Shown here piece by piece: positions 8,754 to 20,252 of a stretch of DNA of 64,000 nt (the first letter of the stretch is position 1; every line of letters begins with the position of its first letter). The notes under the pieces are model-generated. The model had not been told where the DNA came from. It did not search any database and saw only the letters and a list, made by a program, of their open reading frames with translations. The translations under genes and the position numbers were made by a program. Where the stretch lies: the NCBI GenBank assembly GCA_963821525.1, contig CAWGED010000008.1, positions 227,773-291,772 of the forward strand. The letters are read 5' to 3'. This stretch comes from an uncultured Gemmatimonadales bacterium. Lineage in GTDB: Bacteria > Gemmatimonadota > Gemmatimonadetes > Gemmatimonadales > GWC2-71-9.

Positions 8754-10646
8754 ATGACAGATCCGACCTCGCCGCTTGCTCCACGCCTGGCCGAAGCGCT
8801 GGGCAATGCCTACACGATCGAGGGCGAAATCGGGCGCGGCGGTATGGGCGTCGTCTATCGCGCGCGCGACGAACGGCTGAAACGCCGCGTCGCTATCAAG
8901 GTCCTCCCTCCCGAGCTGGCCTTCCAACAGGACATCAGGGCTCGTTTCACGCGCGAGGCTGAAACCGCGGCGCGGCTGTCTCATCCCCACATCGTCCCCA
9001 TTCACTCGGTCGGTGAGGGGAACGGTCTGGTCTACTTCATCATGGGGTACGTTGACGGCGAGTCGCTTGGCGCCCGTCTCAAACGACGGGGCAGGCTTCC
9101 GGTGGAAGAGGCCCGCCGCATCATGAAAGAAACGGCGGATGCCCTGAGCGCCGCCCATGCCATGTCCGTCATTCACCGCGACATCAAGCCGGACAACATC
9201 CTCCTCGAAGGCACCCGAGGTCGAGTCATGGTCACCGATTTCGGCATCGCCAAGGCGATGTCGGGCGGTTCGGGGGGCACCCTCACCAGCGCCGGCGTGG
9301 CGATTGGCACACCCCAGTACATGAGCCCGGAGCAGGCCGCTGGCGAAAAGGAGATCGACGGCCGGAGCGACCTCTACAGCCTGGGCATCGTCAGCTATCA
9401 AATGCTGACGGGTGAGCTTCCGTTTAATGCACCATCGGTCGCGGGCATCCTGATGAAGCAGATCGGCGAGATGGCCGAGCCGATCAAGACGCTGCGAACC
9501 GAGGTGCCCGAGGACCTCGACCTCGCAGTGACCCGGTGTCTCGAGAAGGATCCGGAGAGCAGATGGCCTTCGGCCGATGCCCTCCGTCGCGCCCTCGAGA
9601 GCCGTACCGTGACCGGCTACCGTCCTACGGGCCAGACGAGGGGGCAGTCGCGTTCGGGACTACAGCGTCCATCCCGGCCGAGCGCGGGCCGTCCGCTCGC
9701 CGGCCAAGCCCCGCCGCCACTCCCCGGTCCGCCCCGCGCCCGTGATGACTGGCGTGCGAGGCTCGACCGGCACACGGAGCGGGCAAGCCGTCGCATGGAG
9801 CGGCGGGACGACACTCCGCTCCCGGTGCCCGATACAGGCGAGCCAAAGATCGTCCAGAAGACCCGGGCCTACTTCGCGCGCTGGGCCGCGATCTCGGCGG
9901 GCTGCTTCATGGTCAACATAGCGACCGGGATCGGTGAGCCCTGGTTCCTGTTCCCGATGATGGGAATGGGCTTCGGACTAGTGACGCACTACTCCAAGCT
10001 CTGGCAGGCGGGATATACCTGGCGCGACGTACTGAGCCGTCCCCCAGCACCCGATGCGCGTCTGGTTCCCGGGGGCAAGGGTCACAAGGGCGTGAAGCAG
10101 ATCGCAGCACCGACCCGGGACGAATTTGGTGCCCACCACCAGGCAGTCAATCAGGCGTTCGGGGACCGGACGGCGATCTACAAGCTGCTGGATCGCATGA
10201 CGCCGGCAGAGCGGCAGATGCTTCCCGAGGACGTGGCATCAACGGTAGACGGGCTCTACCTCCGCGCTTCCGAGCTGGCGCGGACTCTTCAGGCCATGGA
10301 CAGCAACGTGGCCACTGAGGACCTCGGCCGAATCAGAGAGCGGATAACGGCGCTTTCCCGGGAGCCCGACGATGAGGAACGGGCCCGCAGGCTGGCGCTG
10401 CTGGAGCGGCAGGAGAAAGCGATCCGTGACCTGGGCGGACGGCGCGATCAGATCGCCGGCCAATTCGAGTCCTGCTGTCTGGCGATGCAGAATGTGCGCT
10501 TCGATCTGTTGCGGCTCCGTTCGGCCGACGCGGCCGCGGCACTCGGCGATCTCACGATGGCGACCCAGCAGGCCCGGGCGCTTTCGCGCGACGTGGACAA
10601 TGCGATTGTGGCGGCGAGCGAGATACGTGAAGTCTTAGGTAAGTAA
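8754..10646 (+). CDS. Hanks-type Ser/Thr kinase with a 2-TM segment and C-terminal coiled coil
   Basis: GRGGMG, HRDIKPDN, DFG, GTPQYMSPE; two hydrophobic helices near residues 375-415. Confidence 0.92.
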   Translation: MTDPTSPLAPRLAEALGNAYTIEGEIGRGGMGVVYRARDERLKRRVAIKVLPPELAFQQDIRARFTREAETAARLSHPHIVPIHSVGEGNGLVYFIMGYVDGESLGARLKRRGRLPVEEARRIMKETADALSAAHAMSVIHRDIKPDNILLEGTRGRVMVTDFGIAKAMSGGSGGTLTSAGVAIGTPQYMSPEQAAGEKEIDGRSDLYSLGIVSYQMLTGELPFNAPSVAGILMKQIGEMAEPIKTLRTEVPEDLDLAVTRCLEKDPESRWPSADALRRALESRTVTGYRPTGQTRGQSRSGLQRPSRPSAGRPLAGQAPPPLPGPPRARDDWRARLDRHTERASRRMERRDDTPLPVPDTGEPKIVQKTRAYFARWAAISAGCFMVNIATGIGEPWFLFPMMGMGFGLVTHYSKLWQAGYTWRDVLSRPPAPDARLVPGGKGHKGVKQIAAPTRDEFGAHHQAVNQAFGDRTAIYKLLDRMTPAERQMLPEDVASTVDGLYLRASELARTLQAMDSNVATEDLGRIRERITALSREPDDEERARRLALLERQEKAIRDLGGRRDQIAGQFESCCLAMQNVRFDLLRLRSADAAAALGDLTMATQQARALSRDVDNAIVAASEIREVLGK

Positions 10647-10722
10647 CGAGTACCGAGTACCTAGTACCTAGTAACAGCAGGATGGTCTCACTCGGTACTA
10701 GGTACCAGGTACTAGGTACTAG
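10642..10722. repeat. fold-back heptamer array (AGTACCT)n ... (ACTAGGT)n
   Basis: About 5 units per arm, inverted; contains the stop codons of both convergent genes. Confidence 0.9.
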
Positions 10723-11033
10723 TGTTTGTCATGTCTCAGGTCCCACCGGTCGATCCTCAGATCCCGATGATCCCGACGGAAGTCGCGACGATCGTGGCGA
10801 TGCTCACCCCGCCCGGCCCGATGCCGGATGTCTCGGCGAATCTCACGATGATCCCAGCGCAGCTGATGTCGATCCATCCGGATTTCGTGGCGATCCCGGC
10901 GCAATTCCCGCCGTTCGTGCATTTCCATCCGCGACTGGCGCAGGGCGCGGTCAGGAGTGACCGACTGGGCGTTGAGCTCGTGGCCAACCGCCAGGAGGAG
11001 CATGGCGGTCATGCCGAGGGTCATGCCTCGCAT
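10719..11033 (-). CDS. small secreted protein with Arg/Asp/His heptad repeats
   Basis: SD GAGAGG before ATG 11033; signal peptide ending LNA-Q; repeats RELRRDR/HEIRMDR/HQLRWDH. Confidence 0.7.
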   Translation of the reverse strand: MRGMTLGMTAMLLLAVGHELNAQSVTPDRALRQSRMEMHERRELRRDRHEIRMDRHQLRWDHREIRRDIRHRAGRGEHRHDRRDFRRDHRDLRIDRWDLRHDKH

Positions 11034-11123
11034 CGTTTCCTCTCTGTCATGAGTGAGTCTACGGTGCAGCCAAACCACGCAAGGAAGACGCAGGGCCGGG
11101 CCCTGCGTTAAACCGAATCCACC

Positions 11124-11837
11124 GTGCCGATCGGCTTCGCCGGGATCTACCACCTGGCCTGGTTCGGGTTGTTCCTGCCCTGGGCTGCATTCCGCTCGGG
11201 CCGGAAATTCGACACCCATCCCCTCCCGCCGCGGTCGCGGCTATTCCTCTCGATCATTGTCCAGCAGGTCGCGTTCGCCGCGCTGTCGCTGCTCGTTGCC
11301 TGGGGAGAGCACATCCCCCTCTTTCCACCGCTCAATTTCCGCCCGGGCGTCCTGGCGCTGGGAGCGGGTGTGCTCGCCGTGGGATTCGCGTTGCTGGGAC
11401 CCCGCTGGCGGCACGCCGTCGAACAACGGGAACGAAGGCTCTACATGTGCATGCCGCGGACGCCTCGGGAGCGGTGGCTGTGGGGCGGAGTTTCTGTGGC
11501 GGCGGGTTTCGGAGAAGAAGTGACCTACCGCGGGGTGATGTTCATTCTGCTATCGCGACTGCTGGGAGGGCCACTGCCGGCTGCGCTCATCGCCTCAGCC
11601 GTATTCGGCTTATCTCACATTCTGCAGGGATGGAAGAATGCCGTGATAATCGGAATCGTGGCGCTGGCTATGCACGGCCTGGTGATCTGGTCGGGGTCGC
11701 TCTACATCGCCATGGCGGTGCATGCGATCTACGACCTCGTGGCAGGATTTACCTACGGCAGACTCGGGGAGCGGCTCGGATACCCGCAGGAGGGAATCGA
11801 GGTACCGGCGCCGGGTGTGCCGAGCCCGGCTCAGTAA
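11124..11837 (+). CDS. CPBP (Abi/CAAX) intramembrane metalloprotease
   Basis: EEVTYRG, FGLSH and HAIYD motifs; multiple TM helices. Confidence 0.9.
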   Translation: MPIGFAGIYHLAWFGLFLPWAAFRSGRKFDTHPLPPRSRLFLSIIVQQVAFAALSLLVAWGEHIPLFPPLNFRPGVLALGAGVLAVGFALLGPRWRHAVEQRERRLYMCMPRTPRERWLWGGVSVAAGFGEEVTYRGVMFILLSRLLGGPLPAALIASAVFGLSHILQGWKNAVIIGIVALAMHGLVIWSGSLYIAMAVHAIYDLVAGFTYGRLGERLGYPQEGIEVPAPGVPSPAQ

Positions 11838-13957
11838 CCCGCGATTTCGATCATCGCCGTGCGGAGATGTTCGACCTGCGGCAGGATCACGTCTTCCAGC
11901 TGCGGGGCATACGCTACGAAGGTGTCGGTCGAGGCAACTCGACGGACCGGAGCGTCGAGCCACTCGAAGGCCTCATCGGCAATGCGGGCCGCCAGCTCGG
12001 CTCCGTAGCCCCAGGAGAGAGAATCCTCGTAGGCGACAATGACCCGGTTGGTCTTCCGCACTGAGCCCATGACGGCATCCCAGTCGACCGGCGTCAGGCT
12101 CCGCAGGTCGATCACTTCCACGCTCAAGCCGTGCGCTTCCTCGGCTTCCTTCGCCGCGGTGATCGCGCGCTGCACGACCGCACCGTAGGTCACCAGTGTC
12201 AGGTCGGTTCCCTCTCGAACAACCTTGGCCTTGCCGAACGGGATCATGAAGTTGGGTCCCGGATTCGGCGCCTTGTTGTAGGTCTGCCGGTACAGGTGCT
12301 TGTGCTCGAGGAAGAGCACCGGATCTTCGCAGCGAATCGCGGTCCGTAGCAGACCGTTGGCATCGAGCGCGGTCGACGGACACACGACGCGAAGGCCGGG
12401 CACGCTGGTGAACACCACGGCCCCGGTCTGCGAGTGGTAGACGGAGCCGCCCTTCAGATACCCGCCGTAGGTGGTCCGGACCACGACCGGGGAACTGAAA
12501 GCATTGTTCGAGCGCCAGCGCATGAGAGCCAGCTCGTCGCGCAGCTGCATGTAGGCCGGCCAGATGTAATCGAAGAACTGGATCTCGACCACCGGCTTTA
12601 GCCCGCGGGTCGCCAGGCCGATAGCCCGCCCCACGATGTTGGCTTCCGCCAGAGGCGAGTTGTACACCCGATCGGAGCCGAAGGCCTTCTGAAGTCCCCA
12701 CGTCACCTTGAAGACGCCCCCTTTGCCCTTCACCTCGGCGAGCTGCGCTTCGCGGCTCGCGTCGGCAACGTCTTGCCCAAACACCACGATCCGGGGATCC
12801 CGGGCCATCTCGTCCTTGAGGCAGCTGTTCAGCAGGTCCACCATCGTGGTGGGGTCGCCGGTAAAACGAGGATCGTCTTCGGTGTCGAACTGCTCCGACG
12901 TGGGATCGACATCGGGGGAGTAGACGTACTGGTAGACCGTATCGAGCGCCGGCTGGGGGGAGGCCAGCGCGGTCTCGCTCGCGATCCGTACCTCTTCCTC
13001 TACTTCGGCTCGGATCGCCTCCAGCTCGACTTCCGTCGCGAGCCCCTGCTCGACCAGGTGGCGGGGGAAGCGGGTGACCGGGTCTTTCTTCGCGTCCTCC
13101 TCCCGCTCTGCTGCACTGCGATAATGCACCTCATCGTCGGAAAGCGAATGGCTGTATGGCCGGATCACGTGGGCATGAACCAGCGCGGGACCCTTCCGGG
13201 TCCGACAATAGTCCACCGCCCGGAGCAGGGTATCAAACGAGGCGATGGGATCGCAGCCGTCTACTTCCTCGATGAACAGGTTGGGAAACCCGGTCAACAG
13301 CTTCGAGATCGATCCGCCGGCCGTGTTCACCTCGACCGGAACCGAGATGGCGTACTTGTTGTCTTCGATCAGGAACACGACCGGCAGCTTGAGATTGCAG
13401 GCCGAGTTCATCGCTTCCCAGAATTCGCCCTCGCTGGTGGTGCCGTCTCCCGACGAGCAGAAAACGACCTCGTCGCCGTAGGGGCCGGTCACGCTATCGG
13501 GAAGGCCCTGCACCTTGCTGTAGCGGAGCCAAGCCTCGGCGCATCCGACAGCCTGGAGAAACTGGGTGCCGGTCGGACTCGAGGCGCTGACGATGTTGTA
13601 GTCTTTGTGCCCCCAGTGAGAGGGCATCTGGCGGCCGCCCGAGTTGGGATCATCGGCCGCGCCGACGGCGGAGAGCAGCTGCTCGGTGGCCGTCATGCCC
13701 AGGCCGAGGCAGAGCGCCCGGTCGCGATAGTAGGTGTAGAACCAGTCGTAGCCCGAACGGAAAACCTTGGCAGCCGCCGCCAGGACCGCCTCGTGGCCGG
13801 CACCCGAGATCTGGAAAAAGATCTTGTTCTGCCGCTTGAGCTGGATCTCCCGGTCGTCGAGACGCCGGGAGAGCAGGATCAGGCGGTAGATGTCGAGGAG
13901 ATCGGCCTTGGAGAGTATTCGGGAGGTCTTCGGCGCGTTGCGGGAACGGGTGGCCAT
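11831..13957 (-). CDS. fused E1 alpha/beta 2-oxoacid dehydrogenase (probably branched-chain)
   Basis: TPP motif GDGTTSEG..N, 'SGGRQMPSH', beta-part 'SPLAE', 'EIQFFDY'. Confidence 0.93.
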   Translation of the reverse strand: MATRSRNAPKTSRILSKADLLDIYRLILLSRRLDDREIQLKRQNKIFFQISGAGHEAVLAAAAKVFRSGYDWFYTYYRDRALCLGLGMTATEQLLSAVGAADDPNSGGRQMPSHWGHKDYNIVSASSPTGTQFLQAVGCAEAWLRYSKVQGLPDSVTGPYGDEVVFCSSGDGTTSEGEFWEAMNSACNLKLPVVFLIEDNKYAISVPVEVNTAGGSISKLLTGFPNLFIEEVDGCDPIASFDTLLRAVDYCRTRKGPALVHAHVIRPYSHSLSDDEVHYRSAAEREEDAKKDPVTRFPRHLVEQGLATEVELEAIRAEVEEEVRIASETALASPQPALDTVYQYVYSPDVDPTSEQFDTEDDPRFTGDPTTMVDLLNSCLKDEMARDPRIVVFGQDVADASREAQLAEVKGKGGVFKVTWGLQKAFGSDRVYNSPLAEANIVGRAIGLATRGLKPVVEIQFFDYIWPAYMQLRDELALMRWRSNNAFSSPVVVRTTYGGYLKGGSVYHSQTGAVVFTSVPGLRVVCPSTALDANGLLRTAIRCEDPVLFLEHKHLYRQTYNKAPNPGPNFMIPFGKAKVVREGTDLTLVTYGAVVQRAITAAKEAEEAHGLSVEVIDLRSLTPVDWDAVMGSVRKTNRVIVAYEDSLSWGYGAELAARIADEAFEWLDAPVRRVASTDTFVAYAPQLEDVILPQVEHLRTAMIEIAGY

Positions 13958-13994
13958 GCCACAAAGATGAAAGGCCAGCGGGGGTGGGACAAGG

Positions 13995-14137
13995 CAGGGA
14001 TGTGAGGATTGAGGGATTGAGGATGTAAGGATTGAGGAATCGGGACGGGCGTGGGACGTGACGCGAAGCATGTCCTAGGTCCACACATTTCATCTCGATC
14101 CCCAATCCTGAATCCTCACATCCCTCAAACCCTAATG
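13995..14137. repeat. fold-back array of ~8-nt repeats (GAGGATTG / CAATCCTC)
   Basis: gggatgtgaggattgagggattgaggatgtaaggattgagg ... ccaatcctgaatcctcacatccctcaaaccct. Confidence 0.75.
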
Positions 14138-14145
14138 CTTCCCGC

Positions 14146-15718
14146 TCAGCCCTCACTGATCCGGTTGGTGTAATCTGAGGCCGCCCGGATATCGGGGTCA
14201 TTCCGCAGCAGGATGTCCTCAAGGGCGTCGGGACCCCAGCGTACTTCGGTGACGCGATAGGCCAATATCCGGCCCAGTCGAGCAGCGAGGGCGGAGTCGG
14301 GCTCGGCGGTGACCTGAAGTCGGGAGTGGACCCGGTCAAGAAAGGGCTTGACCAGGCTGGTCTGCCACTCGGAAACCGCGTCGAACCATTTCGCCCGGGC
14401 GGCGGGATCCTTGGGCAGGGTGGCGGCGACACTGTCGGAGACCGCTGTATCGAAGCCGCTGTCAGAGGCGGCGAAGAACCAGGGTGGCAGCATCACCGGT
14501 TCCGGCAGGGTGATATCGGGAACGATTCCCCCTCCTCCTCGCACGCTCCTGCCATGCTGGGTCTGGTAGGTCTTGAGCGTGTCCTGTTCGGCACCGGACT
14601 TTCCGGCGAAGCTGTAGTACTGCTCGGTCTTGAGACCGTGATACGCCCTCTGAATGACGCGGCCACTGGGTGTGACCACGTGGCCAACGGTGAGCCAGAC
14701 CATGTCGCCCTGAGGTGGGACCGGGAGGGCCTGCTGCATCAATGCCTTTCCAAACGTCCGGCGGCCGAGCAATAGCGCGCGATCGTGATCCTGGAGTGAG
14801 GCCGCCAGGGCCTCCGCCGCGGAGGCGCTGCCGTGATCAACCAGGACCACGAGCGGCATGTCACTGAACGCGCCGTCCTTCTCGGTGTTGTATTCGCGGT
14901 TGGCGCTGCGGATCCTGCCCTCGGTCCGGAAGACAAGCGTGCCCTTCTTGAAGAAGAGAGATGCGATGTCCACCGCAGCGAAGACGAGCCCACCCGGATT
15001 GCCCCTCAGGTCCAGGACCACACGTTGGGCGCCATCGCCCTTGAGTTTGCGGAACGCGTCGCTCATTTCGTGCCCGCCCTTTTCCTCGAAACCTTCCAGC
15101 CGGAGATACCCGGTGGACGCATCGAGCATCCGCACCCTGCTCACCGACCTGGGCTTGATGAAGTCGTGCTTCACTGAGACGGTGATTGTCTGCGGCGACA
15201 GTCTCGGGCCGCGTTCGATCGACGATCTGTGCCTTGCTCCCCTTCTCTCCCAGCAGCCGCAATTGGATGGCCTCGGCGCGGAGACCCGCGACGGAGGTGT
15301 CGTTGATGGAAAGCAGCCGGTCTCCGGCCTGGACTCCGGCCCGGGCCGCGGGGCTTCCCGAAAGCACGGTCAGGACTGTGGGGACGTCGTCCACGTCCTC
15401 CAGCACGATGCCCGTACCGGCAACTTCCCCCGCCTCGTAGGCTTTCTTTCGCTCGTCCTCGCTGAGCGTCTCGAAGCGACTGTGGGGGTCGAGGGACGCG
15501 AGCACACCATCGATGGCCGCATGGACCAACTCGGCATACGTCACCGAGTCGACGTAATTCAAACGGATCTGGTTGATGATGCTGGAGAAGGTCTGGAGCT
15601 GCTCGTAGGAAGACTGCGCCGCCAACGGCGCGCGTCCGACGAGAAGACCGATCAGCACGATGGCGATCTGAACCAGTCGAGACTGTCTATGCATGGGGCC
15701 GCGCTGCTCCGGGCTCAC
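14146..15718 (-). CDS. S41 carboxy-terminal processing protease with PDZ (frameshift ~15200)
   Basis: 'LDPHS', PDZ 'GSPAARAG..GDRL', 'LDLRGNPGG', 'SASAAE', 'TFGKA' across two frames; GTG start overlaps the upstream TGA. Confidence 0.88.
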
Positions 15719-16930
15719 TGGGGAAGCTTGGCGAGACGATCCTTGGCCGACGCTATCTGTTTGTCGTACCGGCTCGGGGCCATCTCGATGAAATGGGTGA
15801 ACGACATTCGGGCGTCAGGAATGCGATTCAACTGGACATATCCGATGCCCAGCCAGTAAAGCGGGCGGGAATCCCGGGGGTTGGCATCCGCAGCACGCTC
15901 CAGCATCGCAACCGCCTCCTCCATCTGGCCCGCCTTGCCCAAGGTCACGCCGAGGTCGGTGAGGAGGCTGGGATCGTCGGGATTGGCATCCACCGCGCGG
16001 CGCCGCTCGACGATCGCGGTCGTGAAGTCACGCTCCATCTCCGCCAGCCCGGCCAGCTGGACGTGCGCCATGTAGAGCCCGATGTCGTTGGCCAGCGCTT
16101 CCTGGTACAGCTGCCGCGCCTCGGTGAGCTTCCCGGCGGCCTGGTGGATGGTGGCGAGGGTGTAGCGATACTCGTTGGTCCGCAGTGAAAGCGGTGGATC
16201 GTATCCCTTCTTTTCTCGCTCCTTGGCACGGGTCGAGTCGCGGCTCATCAGGGTGCGGAAATGAGCGATGGCGTCGTCGTACTTGGCGATGTGCGCCGCG
16301 GCGAGCCCCTTATACCAGAACACGGCATCCGGGACCCGGTCGTCGTAGTGGTCGCCGTCGATGGACTTAATGAAGGCGGCGAAGCGGCCGTTGCAGTCCT
16401 CGTATTTCCCTTCCTGGCAGTCCACATAGCCCTGGAGGTACAGGCCCCATTCTTCACCCCAGGCCTTGGTAATGCCGACGAAATCGGGGCTTGATGGAGT
16501 GACCGCGCCGATGATCCGCAGATCCACCAGCGGGTCGATCATGAATGCGTGGCGGAACTCCCGGTCCGCCTCTTCGAGCTTCGGCTTCCACTCGGCGGGC
16601 ACCTCGTCCTCGTAAGCCTCAACGAAAAGCTTGGATCGCCGGGCATAATGGCAGGTAGGCAAGACCCAGAGTGTGCTACCGCGAAGCGAGGCTCCACCTG
16701 AATCGCGGCTCTGAGCTGCTTTTCCGCTTCGTCGTAGCGCTTCTCGCTCCAGTAACCCAGGGCGAGGTTGTAGTGGGCCGCGGCGTCGTTGGAGTCTTGC
16801 TTGACCCGCGCCTCAAGCTCGGGAAGCTTGAGTCCGACGTCTTGATGCGCTGCGCGGAGCCGTTCGAAGGAAGTGCCGCCACCATGAGGATGGCGACAGA
16901 GGCGGACATCCAAATCCGTAGCTTGCTCAT
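15715..16930 (-). CDS. exported TPR protein (frameshifts ~16840 and ~16670)
   Basis: Signal peptide and TPR repeats; three ORF pieces are collinear with the upstream paralog. Confidence 0.8.
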
Positions 16931-18106
16931 TTCATGGTCTCCAGTCGGTGGCCAGCCTCCACGATCTGCTCCTGGAACCTGCTGGGCGCCATCGCGATGA
17001 ATCGGGTGTAGGCCTCTTTAGCCTCCTCTGTTCTGCTCCAGCTTTTGCGCGACCGATCCGAACATGTAGAGAGCGCGTGCGCTTCTCGGATTGGCCTGGA
17101 CCGCTTTCTCCAGGAACCCGTAGGCGTCGGAGAGCTCGCCGGCGCGGTAGAGGGCTTCGCCCATGTCGTACAGCAGGGCGGGATCCTCGGGACTCGCCTC
17201 GAGCGCACGGCGCCGCTCCTGCAAGGCGCTCTTGGTGCGATGCTGCTCCTCGTACATCTCGGCCAGCCTTACATGAGCCATGTAGAGGCCGAGGTCGTTG
17301 GTCACGGCCTCCTGAAGGAGCTTGATCGCCTCGGCCTGCTGTCCCGCCTTGTCCAGGATCACCGCCAGGGCATAGCGAAACTCGTTGGCATCAGCGAACG
17401 CCACCAACTCATTGGAATCGGGATTCTCCCGCGCCACCGCGCGGTCGAGGAGAATGCGGAAGTCGCTGACTCCGCGGGAATACTGGAGGGTGTGGGTTGC
17501 CGAGAGGCCTTCGTACCAGAGGAACCAGTCAGCGAATTTCTTGCGTTCTTCCTCCGTGTAGCCTTCCGCGATGGAGCTGAAGAACTGGTAGGACTTGCTG
17601 TAGTCGCCGGTCCAGAAACGGCCCAGCCCGTTCATGATGTAGGTGTAGATCGCGGCATCGCGCCGCGACAGGCCGAAGGTGCCGGTTGGCGGAATCATCA
17701 GCGCTAGGGGCCTGAGATCCACCAGCGGGTCCAGCAGGTAGGCTTGATTGCGCAGGTGGTACGCCTCTTCCACCTTCGGCAACCACTCCGCCGAGACCTT
17801 TCCCTTCTCTACATCGCCCCAGAGCCCCGAGTTGCGGGCGAATGGGAGGTAGGAGAGGGCGAGGTAGGCCGTCGCCGTCTTCGGCTCGATCGCGATCGCC
17901 TCGCGCAGATGCGCTTCGGCAAGATCGTATTTCTTCGCGAGCCAGTAGCCGAGCGCGACTTCGTAGTGGGCGGGTGCATCATTCGAATCGCGCTGCACCC
18001 GAGCGATGAGAGAATCCAACGGAACCAACAGCTTCGCCTTCTGAGCCTGAAGCGGGGTCGCCGCCAGCAGGCACACACACGCCAGCATCCCTCTCTTGAG
18101 GAACAT
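16927..18106 (-). CDS. exported TPR protein (frameshift ~17030)
   Basis: Signal peptide (..LQA-Q) and TPR repeats; last helix 'EEAKEAYTRFIAMAPSR' is in another frame and ends with an ATGA overlap. Confidence 0.82.
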
Positions 18107-18144
18107 CTGGGCAGGCTCGCTGAAATGGGATGAGAAGAGTATGA

Positions 18145-18179
18145 CAGAAACCCCCGCGTGGCGCTAGCGGGGGTTTCTG
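18145..18179. terminator. hairpin, probable terminator of the amidohydrolase gene
   Basis: 13-bp perfect stem CAGAAACCCCCGC-N9-GCGGGGGTTTCTG. Confidence 0.6.
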
Positions 18180-18249
18180 AAAATTTCTTGTGCCGTCAAG
18201 AAATACGACGAATTAATCTGAGGTGTCGGATTTTTGCTAAGGGTTTCTC

Positions 18250-19913
18250 CTACTGACCGCCGGACTTCGCTTCGTAGACCACTTTTCCCCCCACGACCGT
18301 TGCACGGACCTGCGCCGATTCGATCGCTTCAGGCTGAATGGAGAATAGATCCTGGTCCAGTAGCACCAGGTCGGCCCGGTACCCGCGTCTTGATCATGCC
18401 CCTCGTCTTCTCGGCAAACACCCCGTAGGCATTCCCGCCGGTGTAAGCACGGAGCGCCTCATCGAGCGAGATCTTCTGATCGGGGAGCCAGCCACCGGGA
18501 TTCTTGCCATCCAGCGTCCGGCGAGTGACGGCGGCATAGAGGCCGAGGATCGGGTCGATGGGCGCCACGGTCCAGTCGGAGCCGAAGGCGAGGTGCGCTC
18601 CCTTGTCCAGCAAGGAGCGGAAGACATAGCTGTCGTGCACCCGCACGGGGCCGAGGCGCTTCTCCGCCCAGCGGCCGTCGTCGATGACGTGATACGGCTG
18701 CATCGAGGCAATCACGCCGAGTCGCGCAATCCGCTCGACGTCCTGGGGTCGAAGGTGCTGGGCGTGCTCGATGCGGAACCGGCGGTCCCGGGTTCCGTGC
18801 GCGCTGCCCACGCTGTCGTAGATGTCGAGCAGCATCGCGTTGGCTCGCTCGCCGATGGCGTGCACTACCACTTGCAGGCCCGCGGAATCCGCGGCACCGA
18901 TCCAGGCTTTCATCGAATCGGGGGGATTGGTCAGCAGGCCTGAAGTGGACGGGTCGTCGCTGTAGGGTTCGAAGAAGTACGCCGTGGTCGAACCCAGCGA
19001 ACCATCCATGAATCCCTTCACGCCATCCAGACGGACCCAATCGTCTCCCGGACCGTCAGCCGCGACGGTGTCCGCTACCCGGTGCCAGTCGGCGAGGGCC
19101 GGGAAGAGAGCCACCCGCACGGTCAGCGTGCCATTGTGCCGGGCGCGTTTCACCGCCGCCACCTGCTTCCATCCCGCGCTCACCGATGCGATCGCGGTGA
19201 CACCCTTCGAGGCGAGAAACTCCATGGCGCGAGCCACCGCACGGTCGTCTTCCTCGGCGGAGTTGTCCGGCACCGCCTCATAGGCCGGATCCATCGCCCC
19301 ATCCTTGAGCACGCCGGTCGGGTTCACCGGTGCGCCGGTCGCGCACGATGACGCCACCTGGGATGTCAGGAGTCTTGCGATTGATCCCTGCCGCCTTGAG
19401 GGCCAGGCTGTTTGCCAGCGCCATGTGGCCGTCGAGCCGGCTTACCAGCACCGGATTCCTGGGCGTGACGGAATCGATCCACTCCTTGCGCGGGAGTGGA
19501 GTGCCGGGCCAGCGCTCGTGATCCCAGTCTCCGCCGAGAATCCATTCTCCGGGGCGGCGTTCGGCCGCGAAATTCTTGAGGCGTGTGATGAATTCGGCCG
19601 GCGTCTCGGCGCTCCGGAGATCCACGCTCGCGAGCTGGTAGCCTCCGTCGAGGAAGTGCACGTGCCCGTCCATGAATCCGGGAGTCACCAGCGCTTTTCC
19701 GTTGGACAGGATCCGAGTGCCATCTCCCGCGTACCGCGCGATGTCCGCGCTGTCACCCACCCCGATGATGGTGTCGCCGCGAGTGGCGACCGCCTGAGCC
19801 CACGGTGCCGCGGAATCCCCGGTCCAGATCCGGCCGAAGACGACGAGGTCGGCAGGACGGGAGGGGGCGCATGAAAGGGCGAACAGGGCGAACAGGATGG
19901 ACATGGCGGACAT
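18250..19913 (-). CDS. amidohydrolase-3 family (YtcJ-like) lipoprotein (frameshifts ~19320 and ~18385)
   Basis: PGFMDGHVH, 'KGFMDGSLGS', HAIGE, RIEHAQ, FGSDW; C-terminal 'GYRADLVLLD..TVVGGKVVYE' in a third frame. Confidence 0.9.
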
Positions 19914-19944
19914 GGTGGACCGGCACGAGGTAATGGGACGAGGA

Positions 19945-20169
19945 TTAACCATCACTCTTGGATCCGGGGATTGAAGAAGCCGGTGGAAGCACGCGCGAGG
20001 TCATCAGCAGGTCACGGATGTCGAGCAGGATCTCCAGCATGAGCTGATCGCGCTGATAACCCGCGTCGAGCTCCGCCATGCGGCCAGTCTGCTGCTCGGT
20101 TCGGGCCCGATCGTACTGCTCGCGATAGGTGGCTTCGAGATTGGCCAGAATGCGATCTCGGGGGCGCAT
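19945..20169 (-). CDS. small hypothetical protein
   Basis: 74-aa helical ORF ('YQRDQLMLEILLDIRDLL') filling the gap upstream of the amidohydrolase. Confidence 0.6.
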   Translation of the reverse strand: MRPRDRILANLEATYREQYDRARTEQQTGRMAELDAGYQRDQLMLEILLDIRDLLMTSRVLPPASSIPGSKSDG

Positions 20170-20252
20170 GGTCGTCGTCGGATGAATGTGCGGGAGATAC
20201 TCGGGCGCAGTAGCTTAAAGCATCCCCAGCCTTCCGCCAACCTCCGAGGACC

